Source: the human T2T-CHM13v2.0 reference genome, Homo sapiens. Taken from it: 64,000 nt of DNA. A program made the translations under genes and the position numbers. The notes below the pieces were generated by a model, which saw only the letters and a list, made by a program, of their open reading frames with translations, was not told where the DNA came from and made no database searches. Positions 1 through 12,848 of this stretch are shown in pieces. Every line of letters begins with the position of its first letter. Within the stretch, counting starts at the first letter, position 1. The stretch lies in the NCBI RefSeq assembly GCF_009914755.1, contig NC_060942.1; one strand, written 5' to 3'.

Positions 1-272
1 GCTTGAGAAAAATCTTTCTGAATGATGGGAAATTGTTGAAGACAGAAGTTCCCAGAGAAGATGCCCTTCTCCCCCAGGGATCTTATAAAATTCTCTGGAG
101 GACACAGGAGAATGTTAAAGTATCAAAGGAGAGATGGATGAAGAAAAGGTTGAAAAACATAACTATTCCCACACCTTAATCTCACACTGCCCTTGGAGAT
201 GGGGCCTCTCCCATGGAGGTTGTCACAGAAACCCTTTCTAGAAGTAACAATATTCTTAATAAACACATTTAA

Positions 273-346
273 CCCTCCCTCACTCCCTCCCTCCCTTCCT
301 TCCTTCCTGCCTACCTCCCTTCCTTCCTTCTTTCCTTCCTTCCATC
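273..346. repeat. (CCTT)n/(CCCT)n polypyrimidine simple repeat
   Basis: Run of ccctccct/ccttcctt units read directly. Confidence 0.9.
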
Positions 347-652
347 CCACTTGCATATTTATACCCTATCTTATTCCAGAAAGGATATGAGATGGATAAA
401 TCCCTTTGGATAATTTCTAAGAGGAAGCTCCCCAGGAAACACTGGGATCCATCAACATCCTGGTTAACAAATTACTTTTTACTATGTATTAGTCAGTCAC
501 TGACCTGGATGTCAAAAGTACAGGATGAATAAAACAAGATATCTGTCCTCAGGGAACAAAATTAGCCTAAACAGAACAAAAGCAGGAAGAGGGACCCTAC
601 ACAGCTGCCTGTAATCCAAACTGCAAAGTACTAAGTGATGTGGATCTTATCG

Positions 653-1130
653 ATCAGGGTGCTTTTGGTTGCAAGTAACAGTAAACGTAACTCAAAGTGG
701 GGATTTATAATCTCCCATAATGGGAAGTCCTGAGGCCAGGCAGCTCCAGGCACAGTGTGAACCCACTTTTGTGCTTTTTCTTGGCCCCCTGCCCCCCACC
801 CATGTGCCAGGGTTTTGATGATCCTCAAGGCTACAGCAGCTCCAGGCATCACTTCCCAGCAAAGTCCAGGAAAGAAGCAGGCACATCACTGCCTGCCAGG
901 TGGGGCCTCTGTTTATCAGTGAGGAAACCTGCTTCAGAAGTCCCCAAGCGTGGCTTGTTGGCCTGATATGGGCATGTAGGGTCCTGCATGCATCCCTGAA
1001 CCAGCTTCTAACTGAAGAGAATGTAATAAGCAGAACTAGCTTAGACCAACCAAGACTTACCTCTAAGTCCCAAGGGGGAGGAGTGACCACCTGAACAAAA
1101 TAGACATGTGCCCAGAGAAGGCAGGGAGTA
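653..1130 (-). mobile_element. Old MaLR LTR (MLT1K/L-like)
   Basis: Terminus cagggtgcttttggttgcaagtaacag and internal catccctgaaccag resemble recalled MLT1K/L; ends approximate. Confidence 0.6.
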
Positions 1131-1689
1131 TGGATGAAATGCTGGAAAGTACCAGCAATGCTGTTCCACCAACCCACAGAGCAGGAACATGGAATTCTCC
1201 CTGCCAGGGTCAGTAGGGGAGGTGATCTGATTTGACCTGTCCGAGAGCACATGTTCTGACTTCTTTTTGGGGGCAGGGAATAGGACATTTCTTCTAAGTG
1301 GAGGAAATAGCACGAATAACCCTGTGGGGAGCTGCTTTGCACAGAAACAGAAGCTGCTGTGGCTGTAGCACAGGTGTGCATTGGGTGGGGGCAAACAGGA
1401 GAAACCTGAATGATGATCAGGACCAGTGGAGAAAGGCCTGGCTGCCAGGCAACAAGCAGCCGTTATTTTAACCCAGAGGTTCAGACAAAGCAAGGTATTA
1501 TTGGCATAGTTTCTCACTCAGTTAATGGAGGCATTACTGTAGAAAGATCAGGTCCAGAAAATGTTTCAAGATGCCGTGACCAAAAATATGTCCTTGGGGG
1601 CCTGCTGGAGGGATGTGGCTAGCCTCAGAGGGACATCTTTGGCAGGGGCATTGAGTGTGATGGGTACTGGTGGTTTATCAGAATCCTTA

Positions 1690-1872
1690 AAAGCACAGAC
1701 TCTGGGGTCAGACTGCCTGGACACACGGCCTGTCTTCGCTTTCTGCTGCTCACCTTGCCTCAGTTCTCTCACCTGTGAAGTGGGGATAATAATTGTAAAT
1801 ATTCCATAGGGTTAAATAAGTTATTCATGCTGGCATGTGGACAGCCCTCTGTAATTGTTAGCTGTTATTGTT
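1690..1872 (+). mobile_element. MIR SINE
   Basis: agcacagactctggggtcagactgcctgg ... ctcagttctctcacctgtgaagtggggataataat core. Confidence 0.8.
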
Positions 1873-2499
1873 GTTAAGGGCTGAGAAGGGAGTGGAGATG
1901 CATTATCATGAGGATTCTAATGAGGAAGCAAGTGGCAATTTCGTTGTGTGGATTTAAATTTTTTTCCCATAAACTGTAGCTGACAGTTGCTTCTAAATAG
2001 AAGGCAAAAGGCCCACAGCTTCCAACTACCTGAAAATTAGCCCACATACCATCTTTGCCTCAACTGCCAAGTGACATTCATGGACCTTCCTTTTACCTAC
2101 AAAGTTGAGTTTGTAGGTAACTCTACAGATCTAATTGGTAATCTACTAATATTAATTAGAGAAGCTCATTAGTTTAAGTGATTAGAGCTATGACCCCTAC
2201 AGTAAATATTATTAAAGACTAAAGACCTGATTAACCAAGATTAAAGTAAGAGAGTTGCAAATTTTCACCTGACCTAAGAAAACCTTTTGCTCTCCTTCTT
2301 TCCTGCCCTTTCAGAGCTTCTCTGTTTTCCAGACACTATAAAAAACCCTAATGCTTGCTTGCAAAATTAGATCAGTGTGGGGGTTATCAAAATTTGAAGT
2401 CCTTGTACAATTAGCATACACAGAAGGGATACAAAGGGAAGATTTCAAAGAAATTGACAACTGCATACAATTTGGAAATGTTCTCACTGATTTTGATTT

Positions 2500-2830
2500 G
2501 CTTAATTTCTAATTAGGACAAAAATTTCAAACACACAAACTATTGAAAGAATAATACAAAGAATACGCCTCTGCCCTACACCCAGATACCCAGTTCCAAC
2601 AACTGTTAACAGGTTACCATATTTACTTCCTCTCTCTCTCTTTCTGGTAATCATTTGAAAACAAGTTGCAGATATGTTGACACTATATAGCTTCAACCTA
2701 TATCTCCTGAGAATGAAGACATTCTCCTACTTAATCGTGAGATCATCATTATGCCTAAGAAAATTAACAAGAATTCCCTAGTATCATCTAAACCAGGCCT
2801 TATCCAGATTTCTCTATTTTTAGAAGTATG
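2500..2830 (-). mobile_element. Old L1 (L1MC-like) 3' fragment
   Basis: aaaatttcaaacacaca...gaataatac; catttgaaaacaagttgcagata; ctcctgagaatgaagacattctcct resemble antisense L1MC 3' UTR. Confidence 0.65.
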
Positions 2831-2869
2831 ATCCAATTATGGGTCTGCTAGTATTGTTTTTAATGGAGA

Positions 2870-3062
2870 GAAGTGTGTGTATATCTGTCACTAAGCTTAT
2901 GAAATGTGTGTGTGTATAGTGCTCATGTATGTTTGTGTGTGACGTGTATAAGTATGAATGCATACATGCATATATGTGTGTGAGCAGTGTTTTGTGTCCA
3001 CATGTGTGATGTGTACATGTGCTTGTATGTGTACATGCATGTGTGTGTGTGCATGTGTGTAT
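2870..3062. repeat. Degenerate (TG)n/(CATG)n low-complexity tract
   Basis: Alternating purine-pyrimidine tgtg/catg run. Confidence 0.85.
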
Positions 3063-4101
3063 TGAGGAAGGAGATGCTAGGGATCCTGTTTGAGCAAAAC
3101 GAACCAAGATGTGCCAGAAAGAAGATGCTTTATTATTATTTTTTTGCCTAATGCATGTGAAGAAATAAGAGCCAAACTCCAGCAACTGTTGAGCAGAATC
3201 TGTCTTGGCTAGGGAGGCTAAAGATACGAATGGTTTTGTTCCCCTTGATAGATTGATTCAGGTGTCCCTCTCTCCTGTCATCTTGGGAGAGCTCTCTCTG
3301 AAAGGGAACAGTCACAAAAGTTCTTTCTCTGCTGAAAAGTGGCAGCATTATCTTCTATTTTCCTCGCCAGGCCTGCAGCTGACGCACAAAGAAAGGTGTA
3401 ATTACAATGTGACGTGCTGCTGATCGCCAGGGTCTGGAAATTCTGAACCGCTTACTCTGCTCAGAATACATTTCAATTTGGTGCTATGAATTTTACATTG
3501 AAATGAGTTTTTTCTTTAAAACCCTAGAGATAACAGCCCCTGCACAGAAGCATTAACAAATTGCTTTGCAAATCTAGGCTAAAGTGAGCATTCAATTTGA
3601 GGAGGTCAAATCAAGCTCAAGTCCTGAAGCCCAAAGCCTGGTCGCAGCAAGTCCAAGTTGGCTCTGGGATGGATATGACCATGGATTTAGTCTTGCTTTA
3701 GTCCTTGCCACCTTTCCTGGGCCTCCCTCTGGGCTGACTTTCTTGGGGCTCTTGCAAATGCTCAAATGTCTCTGTCCAAGCTTCCAAGGGTTTAGGGCTG
3801 GAAACTGCTGAGACTAGAAGCCCTGGGGTGAACAGCCCTTGCTTGGCTGTGCAGTCAGATGGGTGAGAAGAAGGATCCACAGAAGCAAAGACTCAGGCAA
3901 GCCCAGGCTGTGGACCACAGAGAGCATTTCTTTCCACTCATTCACTTTACAGAGCGGACACTGGGTAAGGGCTCAATGGTGTGACCAAAGGCCCCCCACT
4001 GGTCACTGTAATCATCAAAATAGTAACATTTATGGAGTGTCAGCAATCTGCCAAGCATGATTCTGAGTACTTTATGTTTTCTCATAGAAGGGTCCTAGGT
4101 A

Positions 4102-4423
<322 letters not shown>

Positions 4424-4440
4424 TTATTACCCTTTTTCAC

Positions 4441-4753
<313 letters not shown>

Positions 4754-5485
4754 TAGCCACACCACCCCAAGCCTGGCCATTCCTGTCTAGTTAGAAATGG
4801 CTTCTTCAAAGTCTAGGGCTGGCATCATCTTAACCCGCCAGCCTGGAGACTCTCCTGCCCTTGTGTCCACATCTCGGACGAGGGAAGCCCCTCATACTGG
4901 ATCTTAACTTTAGTGAAGATGTGTTCCAGAGCCTCACCCAATGCTTTTTAGAGCTGTCCTCTTTTCTTTGAAGCCCAGGCCAAGGAAACCCTCGGGGTGC
5001 TCATTTGTCATGTGTTTGCCTTGTTTTCTTAATATTTAGCGGCCCTCTTCCCTCACCTTCCACACCACCATTCACGTCATACTCATGCCCTAGGGACAGG
5101 GGATCCAGAACCACAGTGGATCCACTCTATGACATATCTTGTAGTTTATTGCACACTAGGTTACAGGAGGAAACAGGAAGGCCTGGTGGGGTCGAAAGAG
5201 CTGCATGATGCCTGAGGTTCTGACTAGCCAGCGTTGTGTCTGCCTCTTAAAGCCACTTCTCAGGCAGCCAAGCATGGCAACATCAGTGGTTCCTGGCGGC
5301 ATCCTAGCTGGAGGGACCTTGGCCTGAGGAGGGGGTGGGGAACTACCCACCTCTCCTGCCACCCACAGCACTGCTTCTCCAAAGCCATGGAGATCAATCT
5401 GCCCCAAATGAGCATCGGGAGCTGCAGTAAACTCAGTCCCCAGGGCTCTTGCCATGGAGCCTGGGGCAGCCTGGGGACCCGGATT

Positions 5486-5566
5486 AAAATGATACGTTTT
5501 CAATTTGGCCTTAAACGAATTCACCAAATCGGCATCTTCGATGTCAAGTGGAAGTGAATTCCACAA
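5486..5566 (-). mobile_element. Ancient L2/CR1-clade LINE ORF2 C-terminal relic
   Basis: Minus strand reads LWNSLPLDIEDADLVNSFKAKLKTYHF, matching the LWNSLP..I..A.S...FK..LKT.LF terminal motif of L2/CR1-group ORF2. Confidence 0.65.
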
Positions 5567-6484
5567 ATCTCAATTTATTTTATGGGGAAGCGTTATTGAT
5601 TTTTTTTTTTTTTTATCGTCTGCTTCTCCTTCTTCTTCCCTCCCAGCTGCCAAGCCTCTTCCACCTGGATTGAATTGTTTGATTTAAGAGTGGCAGTTCA
5701 GAAAGAGGAAGAGATGCCTCTCCCTTTCCTTCCACACATCCCCCACCCTGCAGTGCCACGAACATCCCTTCAAGCCAGGAGAGGCAGGAAGGGACAGGCC
5801 CAAGCCAGGATTCCCTGGCTGGGCTAGAGCAGCCTTGCCCCATGTCTCCAGCTTGTCTGCATGTGCCCACACTCAGCCAGTTTGGTGCCTGTTTAGAGAC
5901 TGCATATGTTGTCATGTCTTTTTTCCTGTGTTGTGCCATTTGTCTCCTTAAGGCCCTACAGGGGCCGCCCCTTGTTCCTGCCTCATGCCCACACCTGATG
6001 ACCTAGCACCCAAGGCCTTGTAAACCAGACCCCAACCTGTCTGTCCAACCATGTCTGCGTCTGGCCTTCCATTTCCTTCTGGAACATCTTTTATTTATGA
6101 AGGTATTTGTATCTTCAGGCCCAGTGACTATCAGGGGCTCAGTACTTGCTTATGTACTGAGGAGGTATGCATGGTGACCCCCATGAGTGCCACTCTCAGG
6201 CCCCATCTTTGCTTATGCTCCTCTCTTCCCTTTGGCACCAGCATGAGGCCCCCCCCAATTACTCTGCCCTGTGCCAGCCCAAACTTAGCACACTTCCAGC
6301 AGAGCAATTGATTCCCTGGCTCTCCCCACCTCACCAGCCCACTCCTCCTAAAGGGCTTGCTCTCTGGAGCAATGGCTCCATCCTTCACTCAGTGGCTCAG
6401 GTGAGAAACCCTGCAGTCATCCTTGGTTCATTTCTTTCCCTCACACCCAAATCCAGTCCAATTCACTCTAATGGTTCCACCTTT

Positions 6485-6971
6485 TCATAGGCAGAATTGT
6501 GGCCCCCAAAGATGTCCACGCTTTGATCTCCATGAACCTGTGAATATGTTCCTTTACATGGCAAAAGGGTCTCTGTAGATGTGATTAAGATTTGTGTATC
6601 TTGAGATGGAAAGATTATTCTGGATTACTTGGGTGGGCCCGATGCAATCACATAAGTCCTTAAAAGCAAGGACTTTTCTAGGCTGTGGTCAGACAGAGAT
6701 GACAGCATGAGAAGGATTCAATACCCTTTCTGGTTCTGTAAGCAGGAGGTTCTGTGCAAGAGCTGGAAAGAAGCCTCTGGAAGCTGGAGAGGCAAGAAAA
6801 TGGATTCTCTCCTGGGGCCCCCAGAAAGGAGCACAGCTCGACATCGTGATTTTAGCCCAGTGACACTTGTGTTGGATTTCTAGCCTACAGAACTATAAGA
6901 TGACAAATTTGTGTTTTTGATAACCACCATGTTTGTGGTAACTTGTTATAGGAGCAATACAAAACAAACAC
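6485..6971 (+). mobile_element. MaLR solo LTR (MLT1D/E-like)
   Basis: ggcagaattgtggcccccaaagatgtccac...gaacctgtgaatatgtt...gtttgtggtaacttgttataggagcaata. Confidence 0.9.
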
Positions 6972-7121
6972 AACTTCCTTAAATATGACCTGGAAATGAC
7001 CTCTCTCTTCCATCTTCCCCCTAGTCCAAGTCACCTAGACTCCTGCAAGAGCCTCCTCAGGCGTCCTTCCTCCCCCAATCCCTGCAATCAGCTGTCCACC
7101 AGAAGCCTAAGTGGTCTTTTG

Positions 7122-7260
7122 TTTTTCATCTTCTTATTTTGAAATAATTTCAACCAAGTAGAAAACCTGCAAGAAAAATACGAGAATTGTCACGCCTTCA
7201 TCACCCATATCCATCCATCATCAACACTGTGCCACATTTGCTTGGTCACTCTCTCTCTCT
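7122..7260 (-). mobile_element. Old L1 (L1MC/ME) 3' fragment
   Basis: ttattttgaaataatttcaa...agaaaacctgcaagaa...gccacatttgctt. Confidence 0.65.
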
Positions 7261-8104
7261 CAGATCATGTCCACCCCTACTTAAGCCTCCAGTGGGTTCC
7301 CACTGCCTTGCCCTCCTCCTCATAGCCAGTAAAGGTGGATGTTGCCAGGCCCAGCCCACCTTATCCTGTGTTCCCTGTGCTTGCGGTACCCTGCCCGTTT
7401 CCGGGCCCTCCCTCCGCTGCCCTCTGGCTGTCATCTGTGTGCCTCGGCTCTAATGTCATCACCTTCCAGACCCTTTCTGTGATCATTCCACTAAAGCAGC
7501 CTCCTACTCCACCGCAGCTGCTCTTTATGGCGTTACCCTATTCATTTTTTTAAAACAGCATTTACCAGGCTCTGATGCCATCCCATTCATTTACTGCCTG
7601 CTTGTTTATTGTTCATTCACTCCCTGGTGTGTAGCTCTTTGGGCAGGACTCTGTCCGCCTCCTATCCTGAACTTCTAGAACAGCACCCAGTACATAGTAG
7701 TTGCTCAACAAATATCTATGGACTGACTGATTTTCTGTGACACATGACTGAACCCTTTTTGCAGATCCAATTGTTTACAGGTGTGTATCTTTTCTTAAGG
7801 GCAGGCGGGATTCTTTCATTTTTAAATTCTCCCCTCTCAGGGCTGGGCACACGACAGGACCCCATCTGGATATTGGGGGATTTTCTCTGAAAGTGCGAGC
7901 TTCTCGGTGTGGAGGGCCTTCCTGCCTTCCCCACACACCACGCTAACATCCAGCTGTGTAATCAAATGCACCCCCGAGGGAGGCCCAGGGTCATAAGAAT
8001 GCCTTCCTTCTCCCTCACTGTTTTTCTTTTAGATTTGTCTAAGTGCTGTTAACTTTGCCATCTTGTCTGTTTTCCTCATGCCTGTTGTGGGGTAAACACA
8101 CAGA

Positions 8105-8190
8105 GAGCATTAGCCCCATTTGATGGACGATGAAACTGAAGCAAAGGCAGGTTAAGTGGCTTGCCCAAGGTCACACAAGTAATTAACAGC
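8105..8190 (-). mobile_element. MIR fragment
   Basis: ccccatttgatggacgatgaaactgaag...ggttaagtggcttgcccaaggtcacaca. Confidence 0.8.
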
Positions 8191-8389
8191 AGGACAACTC
8201 CCCTGGTCCCTAGCCTGGTGCCTTCTCCTGCAGACCACAGAGCAGCAGCCTCTTGCCCTCCCCTCAGGGACTGAGGAGCCCAAACCTGATATTATGGGCA
8301 CAAAGCTTTTAGCAGATGAGTGGAGGGCAGGAAGCTGTGTGGTTAGGTGAGCTCTGGGTATGTGTGTGTCTAATTGCTCTTCATTTCCT

Positions 8390-8600
8390 TTCCTTTCATT
8401 CACAGAGTCATTCATTCACTCAGGCAGACACTCATTCACGAGGCATTCACTGAGCACCTCCCACCTCCTTGGCTTTCTGTTTGGCGTAGAGGAGGATGCT
8501 AGAGAAGGAGGCAGGGGCCTCACAGGAGCCTGTTCTCACACATGGGAGACCCAACTCACATATGAGAGGCGATGAGGTAGGATTGGAGACCCCATTCTGG
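8390..8600 (-). mobile_element. L2 3' end
   Basis: (cattcatt) tail followed by gcattcactgagcacc. Confidence 0.55.
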
Positions 8601-8689
8601 CAGGAGAGGCATTGACTCCTTTCAGATGAATGGAGGAACTCAGCACAAAGCTGTGCACAGCCACAAAACACTCACACTGGGATTGACTC

Positions 8690-9100
8690 CCTCCATGCAG
8701 GTAACTACCCCCAAGCTCCCTGCTGCTGTCTTCTCTAATAAGAGAACCCCTTCCCATACCCCACTCCCCGGCCCTCTGGGGATGGACTGAGCTTCTCTAC
8801 CTACAGAACTTCCCCCACAGTGGCCAGTTCACAGGGAGGGACTGAAGATTGACCCAAACCTGTGCAATCAGGATCCTTTCTCAGATTTAAAACCCATATA
8901 TGAGACAGGGAGCTCTGTTTCTGGGCTGGGGAGTGGCTGTGCTCACTGAAAAGGAGGGAGCATGATTACAAACCTACTATGCTCAGTCTCCTACCTCCAT
9001 GCTTCAATGACAACTTAAATTCCACAACTTTCTGATCACTTTCAGTGAGGACAATCCTGTTCAGTTCAAAGTATAACTTCAAGTTCAGTTTGAACAGCAT
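8690..9100. mobile_element. Old ERVL LTR (LTR16-like)
   Basis: cttctctaataagagaacccc; tgacccaaacctgtgcaatcaggatcct resemble recalled LTR16 family. Confidence 0.45.
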
Positions 9101-9607
9101 CTGTTTGCTTCTCCCCAGTGCAGTCTGAGAGGGTCCCCAACTCTCTTGAGGGTTGTCTGGGGCAAGGATGATAGGGGTATGGGATTGGGGAGGAGGCTGG
9201 CCAGGCTCTGAGACAACCCAGATCCCTTCCCTCCTCAGTGTCCAGCTCCTCCAGGAAGGTCCCAGGGAGGGAGACAAGTGTCCCTTGGGTACTACAGGTG
9301 CTGGGGAGTCCTCTCTCTGTTGGCTCTGCTGTTTCTCTGTTGACCCCTGGCAGGCCGATAATGCCTCAGCCACAACCTTCCAGATGCTGCTCTCTCGTGG
9401 GCCCTCATGTGAGTTCCCATGGGCTCCTGAGGGGTCTCTCACTGCCCATTTCTCTGACCTGGGAGTGTCAGCTGGCTCTGAGTTCCATGTCTTCCAGCCC
9501 CTCCAGCTCGTTACTCCCAGAGGAAAGAGGGGGTTCACCTCCCAACCTCCCACTGCTGGGACCTTACAGTTGGAAAGACAAGATACACCCATGTGAAATG
9601 AAATTAT

Positions 9608-9675
9608 TCCCTTCCCTTCCCTTCCCCTTCCCCTTTCTCCTTCCCCTTCCTCTTCCCCTTCCCCTTCCCCTTCTC
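9608..9675. repeat. (CCCCTT)n polypyrimidine repeat
   Basis: Direct reading. Confidence 0.9.
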
Positions 9676-9984
9676 CTGTCTCCCCTTTTTCTCACTTCTC
9701 TCTTTTCTATCCCTCACCCATCTCGCCCCCTTACTTTGTAAAGCTGAATTCATCAGAGTTGCCTTCAAGGCTGTCCCCAAACACTTCCCTGGCCTGTTCT
9801 CTGTGATCATGTGGTTCTTCACCTTCATTTATCTATTTGAGTATTAATAGGAGGGTTGACATCCTCAAGTTTGGAGTTTTATTGGGGAAGTAAAAATAAC
9901 ACAGATACAACAATCACGTACCCAGATAAGGTGACACCGCATCGTGTGCTTCCCTGCACATGGCAGATAGACAGACAGTGCAGA

Positions 9985-10215
9985 TCACAAGGTGGGTGCT
10001 AGAGCCAGGTGGCCTGAGTTCAAGCCTAGCATTGCCACGAGTGAACTGTGCAAGTTGGGTGAGATCATCTCACCTGTGTGCCTCAGTCGCCTTCCCAGTA
10101 ACAGGGGTGATAACAGCAAGTCCCTCGCATCTTTTTTTGTGAGCATTAAGTTAGGTAATGTATGAAAAGCACTGAGAACAGATCTTGGCACATAACAGCT
10201 ACTCAATACATACAT
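9985..10215 (+). mobile_element. MIR SINE
   Basis: ctcacctgtgtgcctcagtcgcc...gtatgaaaagcactgagaacagatcttggcacataacagctactcaata. Confidence 0.8.
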
Positions 10216-12224
10216 GATGATGATGTGCAGTGAAGGGCAAATACGGTTAGGGTTGTAGTTGGTTGATTCTGTGCCGAGTGAACTTGCCATGACTGTCTGT
10301 GGGGAGGGGAGCTGCCATCAGAAGGGAGGGACAGAGCCCCTGGGTGGCTGGGGCAGATGTGCCACCCTCTCCAGAGAAGTGGGGATGCCAGGAACACCTT
10401 TCCCTGCAAAAGGGCCATCTGGCCGCAGTAGTCCAGTTGGGGAAAGTGCCCAGGGAGTGCAAGCAGCAGGAAGACACTCTGGTGGCAGTGGTAGTGGTGG
10501 CCAGAAGTGGGCATGACAGTGGGGGTGTCAGCTCTGTCTCCATGCCCAGGATCTGAGGTGTGGAGGGGTGGGGAGCCTCCCACAAGGACTCAGGACAGCA
10601 GCTGCAGGGGACACAGTGAGAATTCCATTGGCAGTGGCTAAGGACCACCCTGCCCTTGCAGGACTCCTGGGCGTAGGGAGCTGACATAGCATGGCCCTGT
10701 CTGGAGAAGCCTGGCCTTAGGATATTTCTTGACATTAAATATTTTCTATGATTACCTGAGTCTCAAAAAGACATCCACCTTACCCACAGTACATGGGAGG
10801 GTGAGGCAGAGCCAGGTCTGGAACCTAAATCTTCAAGACAAAGTGAAATCTAAGCCTCCTTCACCCCCAGGAGGTAAAGCTGTCTTGGGTAACAAAAAAC
10901 AGAAGGCAGGGATAGCGCCACAGGCTGGGGTGGCAAACTATGCAGGCATCCCAGTGCCCGCCAGCCCCCCAGAGCTGTGGCTCTGCAACTGCATGTGTTT
11001 ACGGAGTCACCACTGCTACCCGGGAGCAGCTCTGGAGAAAGCCAGCCCACAAAGCTTCCCACAGCATCTGCCAAGAATACACCCGACATAATAATTTCTT
11101 TGACCTCCACCACATGAGTTTCTGAAAAGAACAAAACAGCATCATTCCCTGGCATTTACAGTTTAAACCTTTCCTATTCAAGTTTCTAACAAAAAAAGCC
11201 ACCAACCCATTCTGGCCGTGATTAAAATTCATAGGCTTGCTGCAGAGAACAGATGCAGAAGCAATTTTAGGCCAGTCATATCCCAGGTCTGCAAAATTAA
11301 TTTGACAGGTTTGCATTAAAGCACTGATCAATATCCACTTTAGAGCGGCAGAGGCTAACTGAGAAAAAATAAGTGACCGGAGTGTTACCAGACGAGAAAA
11401 AATGAATCTTTGAGACTTTTTTTCCCTCTAAGCTTGCACCTACATCAGAAGTCCTGACCTCAATCCATTGATCGGCTGCAGTTAACATGACAAAAGGCCC
11501 AGCAGATAGACCATCTCAGCCTACCAGGGAACAATCACCCGGATACACTAAATGTTTGACGGAGTGACTGGACTGCAGAATTAGTCTTGGCTTTCCGAGG
11601 TCGGCCACCAGCCCGGTCTTACTGAATCCTCCCCCTCCCTCCCCTAAAGCCATTTGCAGAGACTCAACTTTTCCTAAATTTTCTCCCACGGATGGTGTAG
11701 GGATGTGGTCCGGGGAAGGTGGGAACTGGCTCAATTCAGCCACCAAGAAAAGGAGGCAATGAAGTCCAAATCTTTCTTCACGCAGCACTTTAAAATGGAA
11801 GCACCAACGCTGGCATCAGCAGAGTCCTTCAAAGAATTTGATTCAGTGGAGGCCAATTCAACAAAATAGAAAGCCCCAGATGGACGGCCATTGGCTGCAC
11901 CTGGTAAGAAATGGGCTCCAGCTGGCTATTTTAGTATCTTCAGGTGTATAAGGGATGTAATTAAAATTCAGAGCATCTGTCCTAGGCCTCCTTGCTTTCC
12001 TGTTCTCTCTCCCACCACACAGCCAGGTCACATTTTGGCAATAATTCAACAAATCAAAGATGAGCACCCAGTAAGAATGGGACCTTGGTCAGGCACTGGA
12101 TACACAGGAAAGAGCATCTCCCTGGGACCTGCACCAAACTCTCACCTTCTCTGTGAGTGTCTTCCTAAGGGAAGTTGAATATTTCCTTTCCCAGCTCACT
12201 CATCTGCTGCGACCCATGTCATTC

Positions 12225-12525
12225 AGCACTTGGCTAATAAAATGAGCTGCAAACACAACTACAGATGCAATTTAAACTTTTCTAGTAGCCATATTTTAAA
12301 AAGTAAAAAGAAGCAAGTGAACTTAATTTTAATAGTATATTTTATTTAACCCAAAGTATTGAAAATACTATCATTTCAACATAGAATACATATGAAAATT
12401 TACTAAGTAGATATTTGGCATGCTTTCTGTTTTGGTTCTAGTCTTACTGCACATTTCAGTTTGGACTGGCCACATTCCAAGTACTCAATAGCCACAGGTG
12501 CCTAGTGGCTGTCCTGCTGGAAGGG
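12225..12525. mobile_element. MER33-like hAT-Charlie MITE
   Basis: tgcaatttaaacttttctagtagccatattttaaaaag...gccacattccaagtactcaatagccacaggtgcctagtggct. Confidence 0.85.
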
Positions 12526-12848
12526 ATAGAGACAGAGACTAACAGTGCTCAGTCTGGGTTTCATTGCTGACATCCATAGATAGGTACCTCATCCTATCCT
12601 TCCTTACTCCCATCCTCCTAATCCCTGACATTAAGGTTATTTAACTCTCATTCATACTACCAGTTGTTAAATACTTTGTTGTTAAAGGAGATGTCACAGT
12701 AAATATTTGACATGGAGAGTCCAGTGGAAGATATGGCCATGATCTCACATGGACACAGGCAGTGGGCAGGTTGTAGGCTCCCTGGGGTCAGTGGCATGTC
12801 CTGGCCCTCCATTTGCCATGGTACCAGTACAGTGCCTGGCCTTTACAG

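Larger units (their letters stand above)
6330..7735 (+). mobile_element. L2 LINE 3' region, fragmented by MLT1 and L1 insertions
   Basis: gaaaccctgcagtcatccttggttcatttctttccctcac; cagatcatgtc; 3' end cacccagtacatagtagttgctcaacaaatat...gactgactga. Confidence 0.8.

Noticed and set aside
692-1381. 229-aa minus-strand ORF
   Set aside because: Overlaps an MLT1 LTR, has no recognisable domain, and its composition is typical of non-coding DNA
3378-3388. 11-mer gctgacgcaca shared with about 44448
   Set aside because: Many 11-mer matches are expected by chance in a window this size
5156-5566. 136-aa ORF as a domesticated gene
   Set aside because: Only the first 27 codons are LINE-like; it starts at TTG two codons after an in-frame stop and the remainder is uninformative
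8966-9741. Overlapping 147-208 aa ORFs
   Set aside because: Open frames on both strands of GC-rich and low-complexity DNA, with no protein family resemblance
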